This document shows, in pieces, positions 1 through 9,574 of a stretch of 64,000 bases of DNA (its first letter is position 1; every line of letters begins with the position of its first letter). Made by a program: the position numbers and the translations under genes. The DNA is from Clostridiaceae bacterium (GTDB lineage: Bacteria; Bacillota; Clostridia; Saccharofermentanales; UBA5734). The notes under the pieces were generated by a model. That model was not told where the DNA came from. It did no database searches and saw nothing but the letters and a program-made list of their open reading frames with translations. Location: positions 501 through 64,500 of the forward strand of contig JAAYNF010000033.1 in the NCBI GenBank assembly GCA_012520975.1. Direction: 5' to 3'.

Positions 1-141
1 TTGGACGACCTAGAGGTTCTGGATGTTTTTGAACGCTGTTTGGACAGCCATCAGGTAAGCGAAATAGAGAGAAATGAGCTGCGCCGTCTTTTTCAAGAAA
101 TTGTGCAAAATCATGAGGAAGCCGATCCGCATGCGGGATAA
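1..141 (+). CDS. 3' end of a gene entering from the left edge, probably the SbcD nuclease subunit by position
   Basis: Frame 1 is open from base 1 to TAA at 139-141 (..RNELRRLFQEIVQNHEEADPHAG*), 27 nt before sbcC. The 46 aa seen hold no diagnostic motif, so the call rests on the usual sbcD-sbcC pairing. Confidence 0.45.
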   Translation: MDDLEVLDVFERCLDSHQVSEIERNELRRLFQEIVQNHEEADPHAG

Positions 142-168
142 ATATTTTGAAAAACCGGAGATTTTTGT

Positions 169-3100
169 GTGAAAATACTTGAACTGCGTTTTAAAAATCT
201 AAATTCATTGTACGGCGAGTGGAAAATCGATTTGACCGCTCCCGAATATGAAGCCGATGGCATTTTTGCCATAACCGGCCCGACCGGCTCAGGAAAATCG
301 ACCATTCTTGATGCGATTTGTCTGGCTTTGTACGGTCAGACCCCTCGCTTGAGTCGGATCAATAAAAACAGCAATGAAATTATGTCCCGGCAAACCGGCG
401 AGTGTTATGCGGAAGTGGTTTTCGAATCCAAGTCCGGTTGTTACCGATGCACTTGGCGCCAGCATCGAGCGCACAAAAAACCGGACGGAAACTTGGTGGA
501 TGCGATTCATGAAATTGCCAACGGGAAAACAGGAGAGATCCTTGAAACGAAAAAAACCGCCACCGTGGCTTTGATCGAAGAGAAAACCGGAATGGATATG
601 GCACGCTTCACACGCTCGATTTTATTGGCCCAAGGGGAATTTACCGCTTTCCTTCAAGCTTCCGCCGATGACAAATCACCGATTCTTGAACAAATAACCG
701 GCACCGAGATTTACAGCCAATTGTCAAGAGACGTTTTTGAAAGACAAAAGGAAATTCGCAATGAACTCAATCTTTTGACAGCTGAATTGAGTGGTGTAAT
801 TCTACTTGACCAAAACGAAATTCAGGAAATCAAGACCGAGCAAAACCGGCTGCAGCAAAGTCAGCAGGAAACAGAACGGCATCTTGCTGATCTGCGTGCC
901 AAGATCAATTGGCTGTCCAATATTATCCTGCTGGAGCAGCAGGTTCAAACCGTTCAAAAGGAGAAAGATCTTTTGGACCAAGAACAGAAGGATTTTCTGC
1001 CTCAGCGAGCGGCTTTGGTCCGGGCGGAAAAGGCGGCTGTTTTGGAGGGTGACTATGTTGTCTTAACCCGTTTGCGCGGTCGGCAATTGCGGGATGAGGC
1101 CGCTTTGGTTGAAATCCGTCGGCAAATGCAGGAACATACTGAAAAGCTTGCGGAGCATACATCCCGGCTGAACTTGGCGATCAAAGAGGTCGCCGCGGCC
1201 AAGGCCGAAACAGATCGGCAAACTCCGGCCATCAGGCAAGCCAGAGTTTTGGAGGGTCAGATCGAAACGCAAAAAAATGTCATCGATGACCTGGTTGGTG
1301 AAATCAGCCGCATGGAGCGGCAATTGGAAAAAAACAGAAATGACCGTCAACAGATTCGTGAGAAGAATCAGCAGCATACCGATCAATTGACCAAAGTGAC
1401 AGAGGAAATGACACGTCGTTTGCCGGATGCTGCGCTGGTAACCGCGATGACCGGTATCACGGAAAAGTTGACCGTCCTGCTTGGCCGGGTGAATGAACAA
1501 AAAAAATACACCGGATTATCGGAGCGGACCGAACAGGATCTGAACCGGGTTGAGGCAGAGCACCGGAAAGCGGTTCGCGAACTGAACACAAGTAAAAAAG
1601 ACCATCAGGAAAAAGAAGCAGCCGCGATTGAGGCCGGAAGAAAACTTGAAAATCATCTTGACGGACGCCCGCTGCGTGAGTACCGTCAGGATCAGGAAAA
1701 TTTACTTCGCGAGCTGGGATTGCGGAAAAAAATCGCCGATCTGGAAACCGAACGCCGGGCGCTTATAGCCGGCCGACCATGTCCGTTGTGCGGTTCGACC
1801 ACTCATCCTTATTCTTCAGGCCAAAAACCGGAACCGGATGAAACCGAGCGACGCCTTTCGGCATTGCGTGTTTACATCGATCAAGCCGAGCAGTTGGAAG
1901 AGGCCGTGAGAGAAGCGGACCGGCGATTATTGACCGCCGAAAAGCGTGTCGACGCGGCCAATCAGGCCCTGGCGTTGATTATGGCTGACCGGAAGCGGAT
2001 CAACGGCGATCTGACTCGTTTGCAAAATGAACGGCAAAGCTGTCGAGAACGCGTGGATATCCTGACTGCGGACCTGCAGAAAATGTTAAGACCACTGGGC
2101 ATTACTGAAATTGATCCGGAAAAAATCCAAGAAATCAACACAACCTTGCAGGCCCGCCTGCAAAACTGGCAAGAGCTGCAGGCCGAGAAAACCAGCTTGG
2201 AGTCGGGAATGCAGCGGTTTGCCGCAGAGGCCACCGGACTTGACGCACTCATTGCCTCCGCACAACAAGCATATCTCGAAAAAACAGCGTTACTGGCCAA
2301 GCAGCAAGATGTCCTTAGCCAACTGAAGAGCAGGCAGGTCAAAATATTATCGGGTCTTTCCGCCGATCAAATGGAAACCAAGCTCAAGCGGGCACTTGCC
2401 CGAGCCGAACAGGATCGGGATCAGGCCAAGGCTACCTGTGATCTGTCCAAGGAAGAACGAGATGCCGCCCGTATCCGAAGCGAACAATTGCAGACGGAAT
2501 TAAACCTTCTTGCGCCGGATTTGGCCCTGCAAGAAAAAAACTTTCACGACGCGCTGGGAAAAGGCGGTTTTACTTCTGAGGAGGATTTTAAAGAGCAACG
2601 TCTTGATGCTGACCAACGCAAGGCCTTGGCCGAACTGGCCAAAACACTCGACACCCGTCTGACCGAGACGCAAACACGGCTGAAGGATAAAAAAGCTGCT
2701 TTGGAAGAGACCCAAAAGCTGGCTTTGACGATCAGGTCTCCGGAGGAGCTTAAGGAGGAGTTGACGGTACAGGTCGAGAAAAATCAGCAGATCAGCCGCG
2801 CCATCGGGGCGTTTGAACAGAGGCTTGCCGCCGATGACCAAGCCAGAGCCGCCAGTGCCGATAAAACAAGAAAAATTGCTGATTTGAAAAAGGATTGGTT
2901 GCAATGGAATCGTTTAAATGAGCTGATCGGATCGGCGGATGGTAAAAAATTTCGTAATTTTGCGCAGGGTATAACCTTTGAAGTTTTGATTTCACATGCC
3001 AACCGCCAACTGACACGGATGACCGATCGTTACCTGCTGATCAAAGACACAGATGCGCCCCTTGAATTGAATGTCGTGGACAACTATCAGGCCGGCGAAA

Positions 3101-3420
3101 TACGCACGACCAAAAATCTGTCCGGAGGCGAAAGCTTTCTGGTCAGCCTCGCGCTGGCGCTGGGTCTGTCCAGAATGTCCAGCCGAAAAGTGCCTGTTGA
3201 CTCACTTTTTTTGGATGAAGGGTTTGGCACGTTGGATGAAGACACTCTGGAAACGGCATTGGAAACGCTGGCCGGCCTGCCCCAAGACGGCAAGCTGATC
3301 GGTGTTATTTCGCATATACCGGCCTTGAAGGAACGTATTGCCGCCCACATCAGCATCGAACCAATTGCCGGAGGCCGCAGTATAATCACAGGACCCGGGG
3401 TGACGTACTGCTCTTCCTGA
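169..3420 (+). CDS. sbcC: SbcC/Rad50-family exonuclease ATPase subunit
   Basis: GTG start. N-terminal Walker A GPTGSGKST, a long E/Q/L/K/R-rich coiled coil with a central CPLCGS zinc-hook-like motif, and C-terminal LSGGESF signature plus LFLDEGFGTLD Walker B. Confidence 0.93.
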   Translation: MKILELRFKNLNSLYGEWKIDLTAPEYEADGIFAITGPTGSGKSTILDAICLALYGQTPRLSRINKNSNEIMSRQTGECYAEVVFESKSGCYRCTWRQHRAHKKPDGNLVDAIHEIANGKTGEILETKKTATVALIEEKTGMDMARFTRSILLAQGEFTAFLQASADDKSPILEQITGTEIYSQLSRDVFERQKEIRNELNLLTAELSGVILLDQNEIQEIKTEQNRLQQSQQETERHLADLRAKINWLSNIILLEQQVQTVQKEKDLLDQEQKDFLPQRAALVRAEKAAVLEGDYVVLTRLRGRQLRDEAALVEIRRQMQEHTEKLAEHTSRLNLAIKEVAAAKAETDRQTPAIRQARVLEGQIETQKNVIDDLVGEISRMERQLEKNRNDRQQIREKNQQHTDQLTKVTEEMTRRLPDAALVTAMTGITEKLTVLLGRVNEQKKYTGLSERTEQDLNRVEAEHRKAVRELNTSKKDHQEKEAAAIEAGRKLENHLDGRPLREYRQDQENLLRELGLRKKIADLETERRALIAGRPCPLCGSTTHPYSSGQKPEPDETERRLSALRVYIDQAEQLEEAVREADRRLLTAEKRVDAANQALALIMADRKRINGDLTRLQNERQSCRERVDILTADLQKMLRPLGITEIDPEKIQEINTTLQARLQNWQELQAEKTSLESGMQRFAAEATGLDALIASAQQAYLEKTALLAKQQDVLSQLKSRQVKILSGLSADQMETKLKRALARAEQDRDQAKATCDLSKEERDAARIRSEQLQTELNLLAPDLALQEKNFHDALGKGGFTSEEDFKEQRLDADQRKALAELAKTLDTRLTETQTRLKDKKAALEETQKLALTIRSPEELKEELTVQVEKNQQISRAIGAFEQRLAADDQARAASADKTRKIADLKKDWLQWNRLNELIGSADGKKFRNFAQGITFEVLISHANRQLTRMTDRYLLIKDTDAPLELNVVDNYQAGEIRTTKNLSGGESFLVSLALALGLSRMSSRKVPVDSLFLDEGFGTLDEDTLETALETLAGLPQDGKLIGVISHIPALKERIAAHISIEPIAGGRSIITGPGVTYCSS

Positions 3421-3517
3421 GCATATCTTTGAACCAAGACGATATCGTCGATGTTAGCGTCGCCGTTGATTTTGAGTTGGAAATCGAAGCATCATTCACA
3501 TGAAAGGAAATAGCGTC

Positions 3518-4513
3518 ATGAAACCGAAACGAATCGCCATCTTAAACACCAACCGCGTCATTTCCGTTTTGCCCAAGCACATGGATATTCTGTGCCGCAC
3601 CGCGCCCGACTGTGAGTTTCTGTTGGCTGAAAAAGCCGCGGATTTGCCTGCTCTGGCCGCCGGCGCCGACGCCTTGATTCTCTGGCCGTCGGTTGGACCG
3701 GATCTGATAAGCTACATTCGGAACACCCCGAGTCTCCGCTGGTTGCATCTGTTCACTTCGGGGGTGGATCGGTTGATAAACAGCGAGGCCGGAAAGATTC
3801 CGGGTTATCGGATCACCAGTACCAAAGGCATTCACGGCTACCCAATTTCCGATCACGTATTGGCACTGATTTATGCCTTTTTGCGCCAGTTGCATGCCGC
3901 CGCACATTACCAGCAGAAGCGGAGCTGGTCTTCGAATATCTTGTCCGGTAATTGTCGTGAAATTTCCGGCCTGACGGTGGGCATTATCGGAGTTGGTAAC
4001 ATTGGCCTTGAGCTGGCTCGTAAATGTAAATTGTTGGACATGACCGTTCTGGGCGCTAAACGACAGCCGATTACAAACCAATGGCTGGATAAATGCTATC
4101 CGGTCAGCAAATTGTCTGATTTGCTGGCAGTATCTGATTTTGTTGTGCTTTGCCTGCCTCTTACCGAAGAATCCCGGCATCTTATTGGTCGCGAGCAACT
4201 GAGAATCATGAAAAGCAGCGCTATCCTGATTAATATTGCTCGAGGCGGTATTGTGGATCAAGAGGCGCTGATCGAGGCTTTGGAGCACGGAACCATCGCC
4301 GGCGCCGGCCTTGACGTGACCGATCCCGAGCCATTACCGGAAAACAACCCGCTCTGGGGGATGCCCAATGTAATCATCACACCGCACATTTCAGCCCAGT
4401 CGCCCCAGTATATGGATCGTGCTATTCATGTTATCGCTGAAAACTTACGGCGTTTTTTGGCCGATGAGCCTTTGCTGGATGAGGTCCCGCGCCAAGGGCT
4501 GGAAAGCAGGTAA
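3518..4513 (+). CDS. D-isomer-specific 2-hydroxyacid dehydrogenase family, NAD-binding
   Basis: Rossmann motif GIIGVGNIGLELA, ARGGIVDQEAL, and a C-terminal TPHIS region. ATG 3518 follows AGGAA; an in-frame ATG at 3500 is the alternative start. Confidence 0.85.
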   Translation: MKPKRIAILNTNRVISVLPKHMDILCRTAPDCEFLLAEKAADLPALAAGADALILWPSVGPDLISYIRNTPSLRWLHLFTSGVDRLINSEAGKIPGYRITSTKGIHGYPISDHVLALIYAFLRQLHAAAHYQQKRSWSSNILSGNCREISGLTVGIIGVGNIGLELARKCKLLDMTVLGAKRQPITNQWLDKCYPVSKLSDLLAVSDFVVLCLPLTEESRHLIGREQLRIMKSSAILINIARGGIVDQEALIEALEHGTIAGAGLDVTDPEPLPENNPLWGMPNVIITPHISAQSPQYMDRAIHVIAENLRRFLADEPLLDEVPRQGLESR

Positions 4514-4540
4514 ATCCAACGCATGGGCTTCCAATTGCCC

Positions 4541-5167
4541 TCAAGAGCCGGACTTTGATTGCCGGTACTCGGAAGGGCTCATGCCTATGTACCGCTTAAA
4601 GACGGCCAGCAAATGATTGGTATGCCGAAACCCCAGTTGATTGGCTATGTCGCCGATACTTAGCTTGGTCAGAGACAACAATTCGCAAGCACGATCCAAA
4701 CGGTGTTTTTCCAGCTGTTTGGTAACCGAAAGACCGGTCTCTCTTTTGCATAATCGATCCAAATAATCCGGGTGTAGGTAAAAATGATTGGCCACCGACT
4801 CGCGAGTGGAGGCTTCATCGAGATTTTGCTCGATATACTTGATGACCTTTTCAATCAAACCGGCTGTCGATACTTCAGTATGTTGTGTGTCGATCAGACG
4901 TTGGCATAATAAATGTAGCCAGCTTTGCAGATCCGCCAAAGACTTGTTTGGCATCGCGATTGAATCATTGATGGCGTCCTGCCAGTCAGACAGCACTTGA
5001 GAAGCCGGCACGCCGGCCTTTTCCATCGCCGGGTAAAAAAGGTGCAGTAATTCGTAGTATATTTGCTGCAATTCATCGACGCTAATGGTGATCGCGGCCA
5101 ATGGATGGGAGAAATAGTCGTCGGCACTTTGCAAAAACTCCTGATAGCAACCATTGGTAATTAGCAT
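4541..5167 (-). CDS. AraC/XylS-family HTH transcriptional regulator, possibly 5'-truncated
   Basis: C-terminal double HTH (SIGDIANQLGFRHTNHLLAVFKRYIGMSPSEYRQ). Only ~100 aa lie upstream of the HTH, with no cupin or receiver domain. The frame stays open 33 codons upstream of the first Met with no start codon. Confidence 0.7.
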   Translation of the reverse strand: MLITNGCYQEFLQSADDYFSHPLAAITISVDELQQIYYELLHLFYPAMEKAGVPASQVLSDWQDAINDSIAMPNKSLADLQSWLHLLCQRLIDTQHTEVSTAGLIEKVIKYIEQNLDEASTRESVANHFYLHPDYLDRLCKRETGLSVTKQLEKHRLDRACELLSLTKLSIGDIANQLGFRHTNHLLAVFKRYIGMSPSEYRQSKSGS

Positions 5168-5191
5168 TTTCCAGAGTTCGCGATCGGGCTC

Positions 5192-5935
5192 GTGCTTTTC
5201 TTCGGTTACAGGGTGATCAATGAAATGGAATATGCCAAGCAGATGGGTTTTTCGATCGTTCGCTCACAGGATGCTCTGTTGCCGTCGACAATGGAAAAAC
5301 TGCTTCCTTATGCCGAGGAACTGGGCATTCATCTGGCGATTGAATTGCACGGTCCTTGGTCGCCGTCGACACCGGTTTTTCAAGAGTATGCCGAACTTTT
5401 TGCCCGGAAAAACTCCGACTACTTGGGTATTGTTATGGATTTTTCCGCTTTTGCCTCGGGTGCTCCGGCCACGGTGCTCAACAGATTACCCGATGACATT
5501 TGCAACAAGCCGCTCTTGCAGGAAATCAATCGGCTATACGCAACAACGGAAATTCCCGAACCGGAACTTATCGAAATGATCCGAGCCAAAGGTGGCGATG
5601 AGGTTGATGAATATATTACCCGCAAGCTGATTTTCTCCATCGACGCCTCTGCCAAAATGGGGACTCCTTATTATCGAACAAAACCGGATTATGAAGGTTT
5701 CCGCCATCTGCTCAAGTGGTCAAAATATATGCACGGCAAATTTTTCTATGTTGATGAGAATTATAATTGTCCGGGAATTGATTATCCGACCTATGTCCGC
5801 ATTATGAAAGAAGAAGGTTTCGATGGTTTCATTGCCTCGGAGTACGAAGGAGGCCATTTCGACCCGACCGTCAGCGAAGAGGAGCAAATTATCCGCCACA
5901 TTGATATGCTCGAAAAACTATGGAATGAAGTCTGA
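5192..5935 (+). CDS. Xylose-isomerase-like TIM-barrel protein (sugar phosphate isomerase/epimerase family), apparently missing its N-terminal part
   Basis: YAKQMGF..IHLAIELHGPW..GIVMDFSAF resembles the mid-barrel motifs of this family but sits within the first ~85 aa. GTG 5192 and ATG 5225 lack a clear RBS. The gene starts 24 bp from the divergent AraC start. Confidence 0.55.
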   Translation: MLFFGYRVINEMEYAKQMGFSIVRSQDALLPSTMEKLLPYAEELGIHLAIELHGPWSPSTPVFQEYAELFARKNSDYLGIVMDFSAFASGAPATVLNRLPDDICNKPLLQEINRLYATTEIPEPELIEMIRAKGGDEVDEYITRKLIFSIDASAKMGTPYYRTKPDYEGFRHLLKWSKYMHGKFFYVDENYNCPGIDYPTYVRIMKEEGFDGFIASEYEGGHFDPTVSEEEQIIRHIDMLEKLWNEV

Positions 5936-6049
5936 CCATCCACAAAGTCTGACCATTCGTTGATGAGCCGGTCGATTTTTCTTTAAATGCATAGCTGCAA
6001 ATAGTCGGCTTGAACTTAGACCGAGCCTATGAAAATCAGACACGAGAAA

Positions 6050-6086
6050 GCCCCTGTAATCTCAAAGCAACAGGGGCCTTTTCGTT
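6050..6086. terminator. Intrinsic-terminator-like hairpin, usable in both directions
   Basis: GCCCCTGT (6050-6057) pairs with ACAGGGGC (6070-6077) around a 12-nt loop. It is followed by CTTTTCGTTT on the + strand and a T-rich stretch on the - strand, just 3' of tRNA-Arg. Confidence 0.6.
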
Positions 6087-6163
<77 letters not shown>

Positions 6164-6175
6164 ATATGTTAAATC

Positions 6176-6204
6176 ATAATACGGCACCACGGCAGTTTTG
6201 TCAA
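6176..6204 (-). promoter_or_regulatory. Sigma-A-type promoter for tRNA-Arg
   Basis: On the minus strand: TTGACA, a 17-nt spacer, then TATTAT, ending 12 nt before the tRNA 5' end. Confidence 0.6.
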
Positions 6205-6248
6205 CGGCCGAAATCAGACAAAATCACGGACCCTAATCACGGATTATT

Positions 6249-6277
6249 TTGAAAAAGATGCTGTGCTATTGTAGAAT
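6249..6277 (+). promoter_or_regulatory. Sigma-A-type promoter for the response-regulator/kinase operon
   Basis: TTGAAA (6249-6254), a 17-nt spacer, then TAGAAT (6272-6277). The ATG lies at 6287. Confidence 0.5.
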
Positions 6278-6286
6278 GGAAACACT

Positions 6287-6976
6287 ATGAGATTACTGGT
6301 TGTGGAAGACGATAAAAACACCTCGGGTAATATTTGTGAAAGCGTCAAACACCTGTTCACGGTTGATCAGGCTTTTGATGGCGCTGAGGGCCTGCAGTTC
6401 ATCATGAATAACGAATACGATGTCATCGTTTTGGATATCATGATGCCGAAGGTGGACGGGCTTAAACTGCTCAGCGAGATTCGTTGTCGTGGCATCACGA
6501 CTCCGGTCTTGCTTTTGACCGCCTTGGATCAAGTTTCGGATAAAGTGCGTGGTTTGCAGGCCGGAGCCGATGATTATCTTGCCAAGCCTTTCGATATTTT
6601 TGAGCTTCAGGCTCGTTTGGAAGCTTTGGTTCGTCGCACGACCAGCGGGGGCTATGCCGGTGTAAAACTGACATTTCTTGACCTATCCATCAATATCAGC
6701 ACGCGTTCCGCGCGGATCGGCGATAGCAAACTCAATTTGCCCGGCAAGCAATACGACTTGCTGGAGTACCTTGTTCGCAACAAAAACGTTCTTGTCCACA
6801 AGGAGCGAATTTTTCAGCGCATCTGGGGTTTTTATTCATCAACCGATCTGAATGTGATTGATGTTTACATAAGTCAATTGCGTAAGGAATTGAAAAAATA
6901 TGACTACGACCGCTATTTGAAAACGCTTCATGGCTTGGGTTATATATTAACCGACGATGCGGATCTGTATGGATAG
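6287..6976 (+). CDS. OmpR/PhoB-family response regulator
   Basis: Receiver motifs (VVEDD, VIVLDIMMPKVDG, LLLTA, KPF) followed by a winged-helix output domain (..IDVYISQLRKEL..GLGYIL). Confidence 0.92.
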   Translation: MRLLVVEDDKNTSGNICESVKHLFTVDQAFDGAEGLQFIMNNEYDVIVLDIMMPKVDGLKLLSEIRCRGITTPVLLLTALDQVSDKVRGLQAGADDYLAKPFDIFELQARLEALVRRTTSGGYAGVKLTFLDLSINISTRSARIGDSKLNLPGKQYDLLEYLVRNKNVLVHKERIFQRIWGFYSSTDLNVIDVYISQLRKELKKYDYDRYLKTLHGLGYILTDDADLYG

Positions 6977-8273
6977 AAAAAATCTGCTGTTTAAGCGAAA
7001 AATTCGTTATTTCTTCGTTTTGCTGGTGATTTTCATCGCGGCTTTTTCGGTTTTTGGTCTGTTGGTTTTTCGCAATGCCGAAGCCGCCCTGTTTGCCGCC
7101 TTGGACGACCAATACGCTGAGGCCGAAGCGCTGGTTCGGGAAAATCCGGTTTCATCGTTGGCCAATTTCATATCAGGGCGCAACATTGTTTTCACCAGTC
7201 AAGGAACCTATACGATTGGCTCTAGGATTTTTATCCTTGTTCGTGATACGGATGGCCGCCTGTTGAACGCCGAGCCCTTAAAATATTTTGAGTACCTGAA
7301 CGATATTACCTTTTCTCCTTCGGAGCAATTCCGAACACATAATCAGTCGATTTTTCGCCGCGGCAGCACCATTTACTACCGAATCCATACTTTCTCGCTG
7401 ACAACCGGTCAAGAGCCGAAGCGATATGTTCAGATGGCGACCGAGGTCACGGAAACCGTAAATACCCTTGAAACCGTCCGTCGCTCGATGTTGGGGGGCA
7501 TGGTCATTGTGGTTCTGGTGTCCGCGATAGCCAGCTGGATTATTGGTCAGATGCTGGTTCGCTTTGTAGCTGACGCTTGGGAAGAACAAGATCTGTTCAT
7601 CGCTCATGCCTCCCATGAATTGCGTTCACCGCTGACGGTGGTACACAACTCTCTGGAGCTGCTGCTGCAGGAACCGGGCAAGCGTGTTATCGACAACAGC
7701 AAGCTGATTCTCAATGCTCTCAGTGAAACCAACCGGATGCGCAAGGTGACCGCCAATTTGCTTAACATGGCTCGACTCGAATCGGATCAAGGCGATTTGC
7801 CCCGTGAATTGTTTGATCTGAGTCTTTTGATCAAGGAAATAACCACTCCTTTTATCTATCAAGCCGAGGCCGGTGGTAAAACCATAACGGTTCACGCTTC
7901 AGAGGGGCTGATGGCCTATGGCTACCGTCAGGATCTGGGCGAAATGGTTGTTCTTTTGTTGGAAAATGCATTGAAATATACGGAAGCGGGTGATCAGATC
8001 GAAGTTTGGCTGCAAGGCGACAGCGACCGACTGATATTCCGAGTCAAAGATACCGGGGTCGGCATCAGCGATGACAACATGGGTAAAATATTTACCCGCT
8101 TTTACCGGGGGGATCGCGCTCGCGGCATGGCCGAGGGCAGTGGTCTCGGATTGAACATCGTCAGCACAATTGTGTCACGACATCAAGGCTCAATCAAGGC
8201 CTCCCACAACCTTCCGAAAGGTACTGTTTTTACTGTTGTCCTGCCCTCGGCTTCAGTCGCCAGAGAGCGTTGA
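6969..8273 (+). CDS. Sensor histidine kinase (HisKA + HATPase_c), two TM segments
   Basis: H-box HASHELRSPLT, N-box LLENALKYT, G1 VKDTGVGI and G2 GSGLGLNIV. It overlaps the regulator's 3' end. An in-frame ATG at 6957 is the alternative start. Confidence 0.9.
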   Translation: MDRKNLLFKRKIRYFFVLLVIFIAAFSVFGLLVFRNAEAALFAALDDQYAEAEALVRENPVSSLANFISGRNIVFTSQGTYTIGSRIFILVRDTDGRLLNAEPLKYFEYLNDITFSPSEQFRTHNQSIFRRGSTIYYRIHTFSLTTGQEPKRYVQMATEVTETVNTLETVRRSMLGGMVIVVLVSAIASWIIGQMLVRFVADAWEEQDLFIAHASHELRSPLTVVHNSLELLLQEPGKRVIDNSKLILNALSETNRMRKVTANLLNMARLESDQGDLPRELFDLSLLIKEITTPFIYQAEAGGKTITVHASEGLMAYGYRQDLGEMVVLLLENALKYTEAGDQIEVWLQGDSDRLIFRVKDTGVGISDDNMGKIFTRFYRGDRARGMAEGSGLGLNIVSTIVSRHQGSIKASHNLPKGTVFTVVLPSASVARER

Positions 8274-9560
8274 TGCCGAGGGAAAGTGGCGGCGGACGGG
8301 ACCGTTGACCGTCACGTCGGGCTTTTGCGTGTTGGCCACGATCTTAAGTTCGGCTCGACCATCGTCGGTGACAGACCACTGTCCGGTCAGGCAGGGCATA
8401 ATGCAAATATTCTGAGCATCAAACCGAATCAACCCAACCAATGTTTCCAGTTCGGTTTCCCGGATGGCCGCAACCACTTTTTCGGCCTCTACCGAAGCTG
8501 CCCGGGAAAGAATATCATACAACAACTCAATGTTTGCATGTTTGTAACCGATGGTGGCCGGAACATTTTCCAAATTGGTCGCCACCTGATATTTGTCGGC
8601 AAGCTCTTTGCCGTTCCAGCCGGTCAGGGAGGAGATTCCGGGAAAATCCGGAGCCCACCAGACCTCGGTGATCAAGCCATCCCCGAGTCGGCCTAAAGCG
8701 GCAACATCTTCGGCAAAGAGATTGGCTTTGGCTATCGTGCTGATTTTCGGTTGATAATTCAGCTCGGCGCATTGACGCCAAAAAACGGCAAAATCCGGTG
8801 CGTTCATGACGCCGGCGATGATCTGACAGCCGGAACCTTTTAACTGTCGAATCAGCTGACCGTAGTTTTTGGCGCCAACGGCAAACCGACCCGGATCGAC
8901 GACGTTATACCCTCGGCCGATGGCCATTTCGGGCAGCCGCGTGGCTATTTCCAGTCCCTCAAGGTCGTCCGGAGCGACCAAACCGACCTGTTTGTTGCTG
9001 GCAAGCTGATCCCAAGCGTCCATAAAACAATTCAGCTCGTTTTCCGTATTGAAAAAAGCATGAAAGGAATACGTGTAGGGGCCGCCGGCCAGCCAGACAT
9101 CAGCGGGCGCGTCGACCGAAATGCAGGGAATGCCATATCGTTCGCAAACAGTCGATACCGGACAGACGGTATCGGCTGTGTTGGAAACCACCATAATATC
9201 GATGAATTCTTCTTGGATCAATCTGACCGCGGCTTCCGAGGCTTTGGTCAGGCTGCTTTCCGAATCGGCATGCACCAACCGGATCGGCAGCTTACGCCCC
9301 AGGTCTGACATATAAATGCCGCCGAGCACATCATTGATGTAATCAATAGCCTGTTGCTCAACGAAAGGTGTGCCTGATCCGAACGAAGCCAGCGGTCCGG
9401 TAATCGGAACCACGCGCCCCACCAAAATACATTCCTCTTGGTCAACAGCCGCTGAGGACGAAACAGACGGGTCTGTTCCGCCGCTTCCGCAAGCACTGAT
9501 CAGCACCAAGCAGGCCAGGATGGCCAGAACTGCCAAGCGTTGATGTAGCTTTCTTTTCAT
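8253..9560 (-). CDS. ABC transporter substrate-binding lipoprotein (LivJ/type-I periplasmic-binding fold)
   Basis: Signal peptide with lipobox LISAC|G. It is the last gene of the liv-like operon and shows paralogue-level similarity to the protein at 13015-14289 (e.g. ERYGIPCISVDAP versus ERYGVPCVAIEAP). Confidence 0.8.
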   Translation of the reverse strand: MKRKLHQRLAVLAILACLVLISACGSGGTDPSVSSSAAVDQEECILVGRVVPITGPLASFGSGTPFVEQQAIDYINDVLGGIYMSDLGRKLPIRLVHADSESSLTKASEAAVRLIQEEFIDIMVVSNTADTVCPVSTVCERYGIPCISVDAPADVWLAGGPYTYSFHAFFNTENELNCFMDAWDQLASNKQVGLVAPDDLEGLEIATRLPEMAIGRGYNVVDPGRFAVGAKNYGQLIRQLKGSGCQIIAGVMNAPDFAVFWRQCAELNYQPKISTIAKANLFAEDVAALGRLGDGLITEVWWAPDFPGISSLTGWNGKELADKYQVATNLENVPATIGYKHANIELLYDILSRAASVEAEKVVAAIRETELETLVGLIRFDAQNICIMPCLTGQWSVTDDGRAELKIVANTQKPDVTVNGPVRRHFPSASTLSGD

Positions 9561-9574
9561 GCTCTCAGTTTAGG

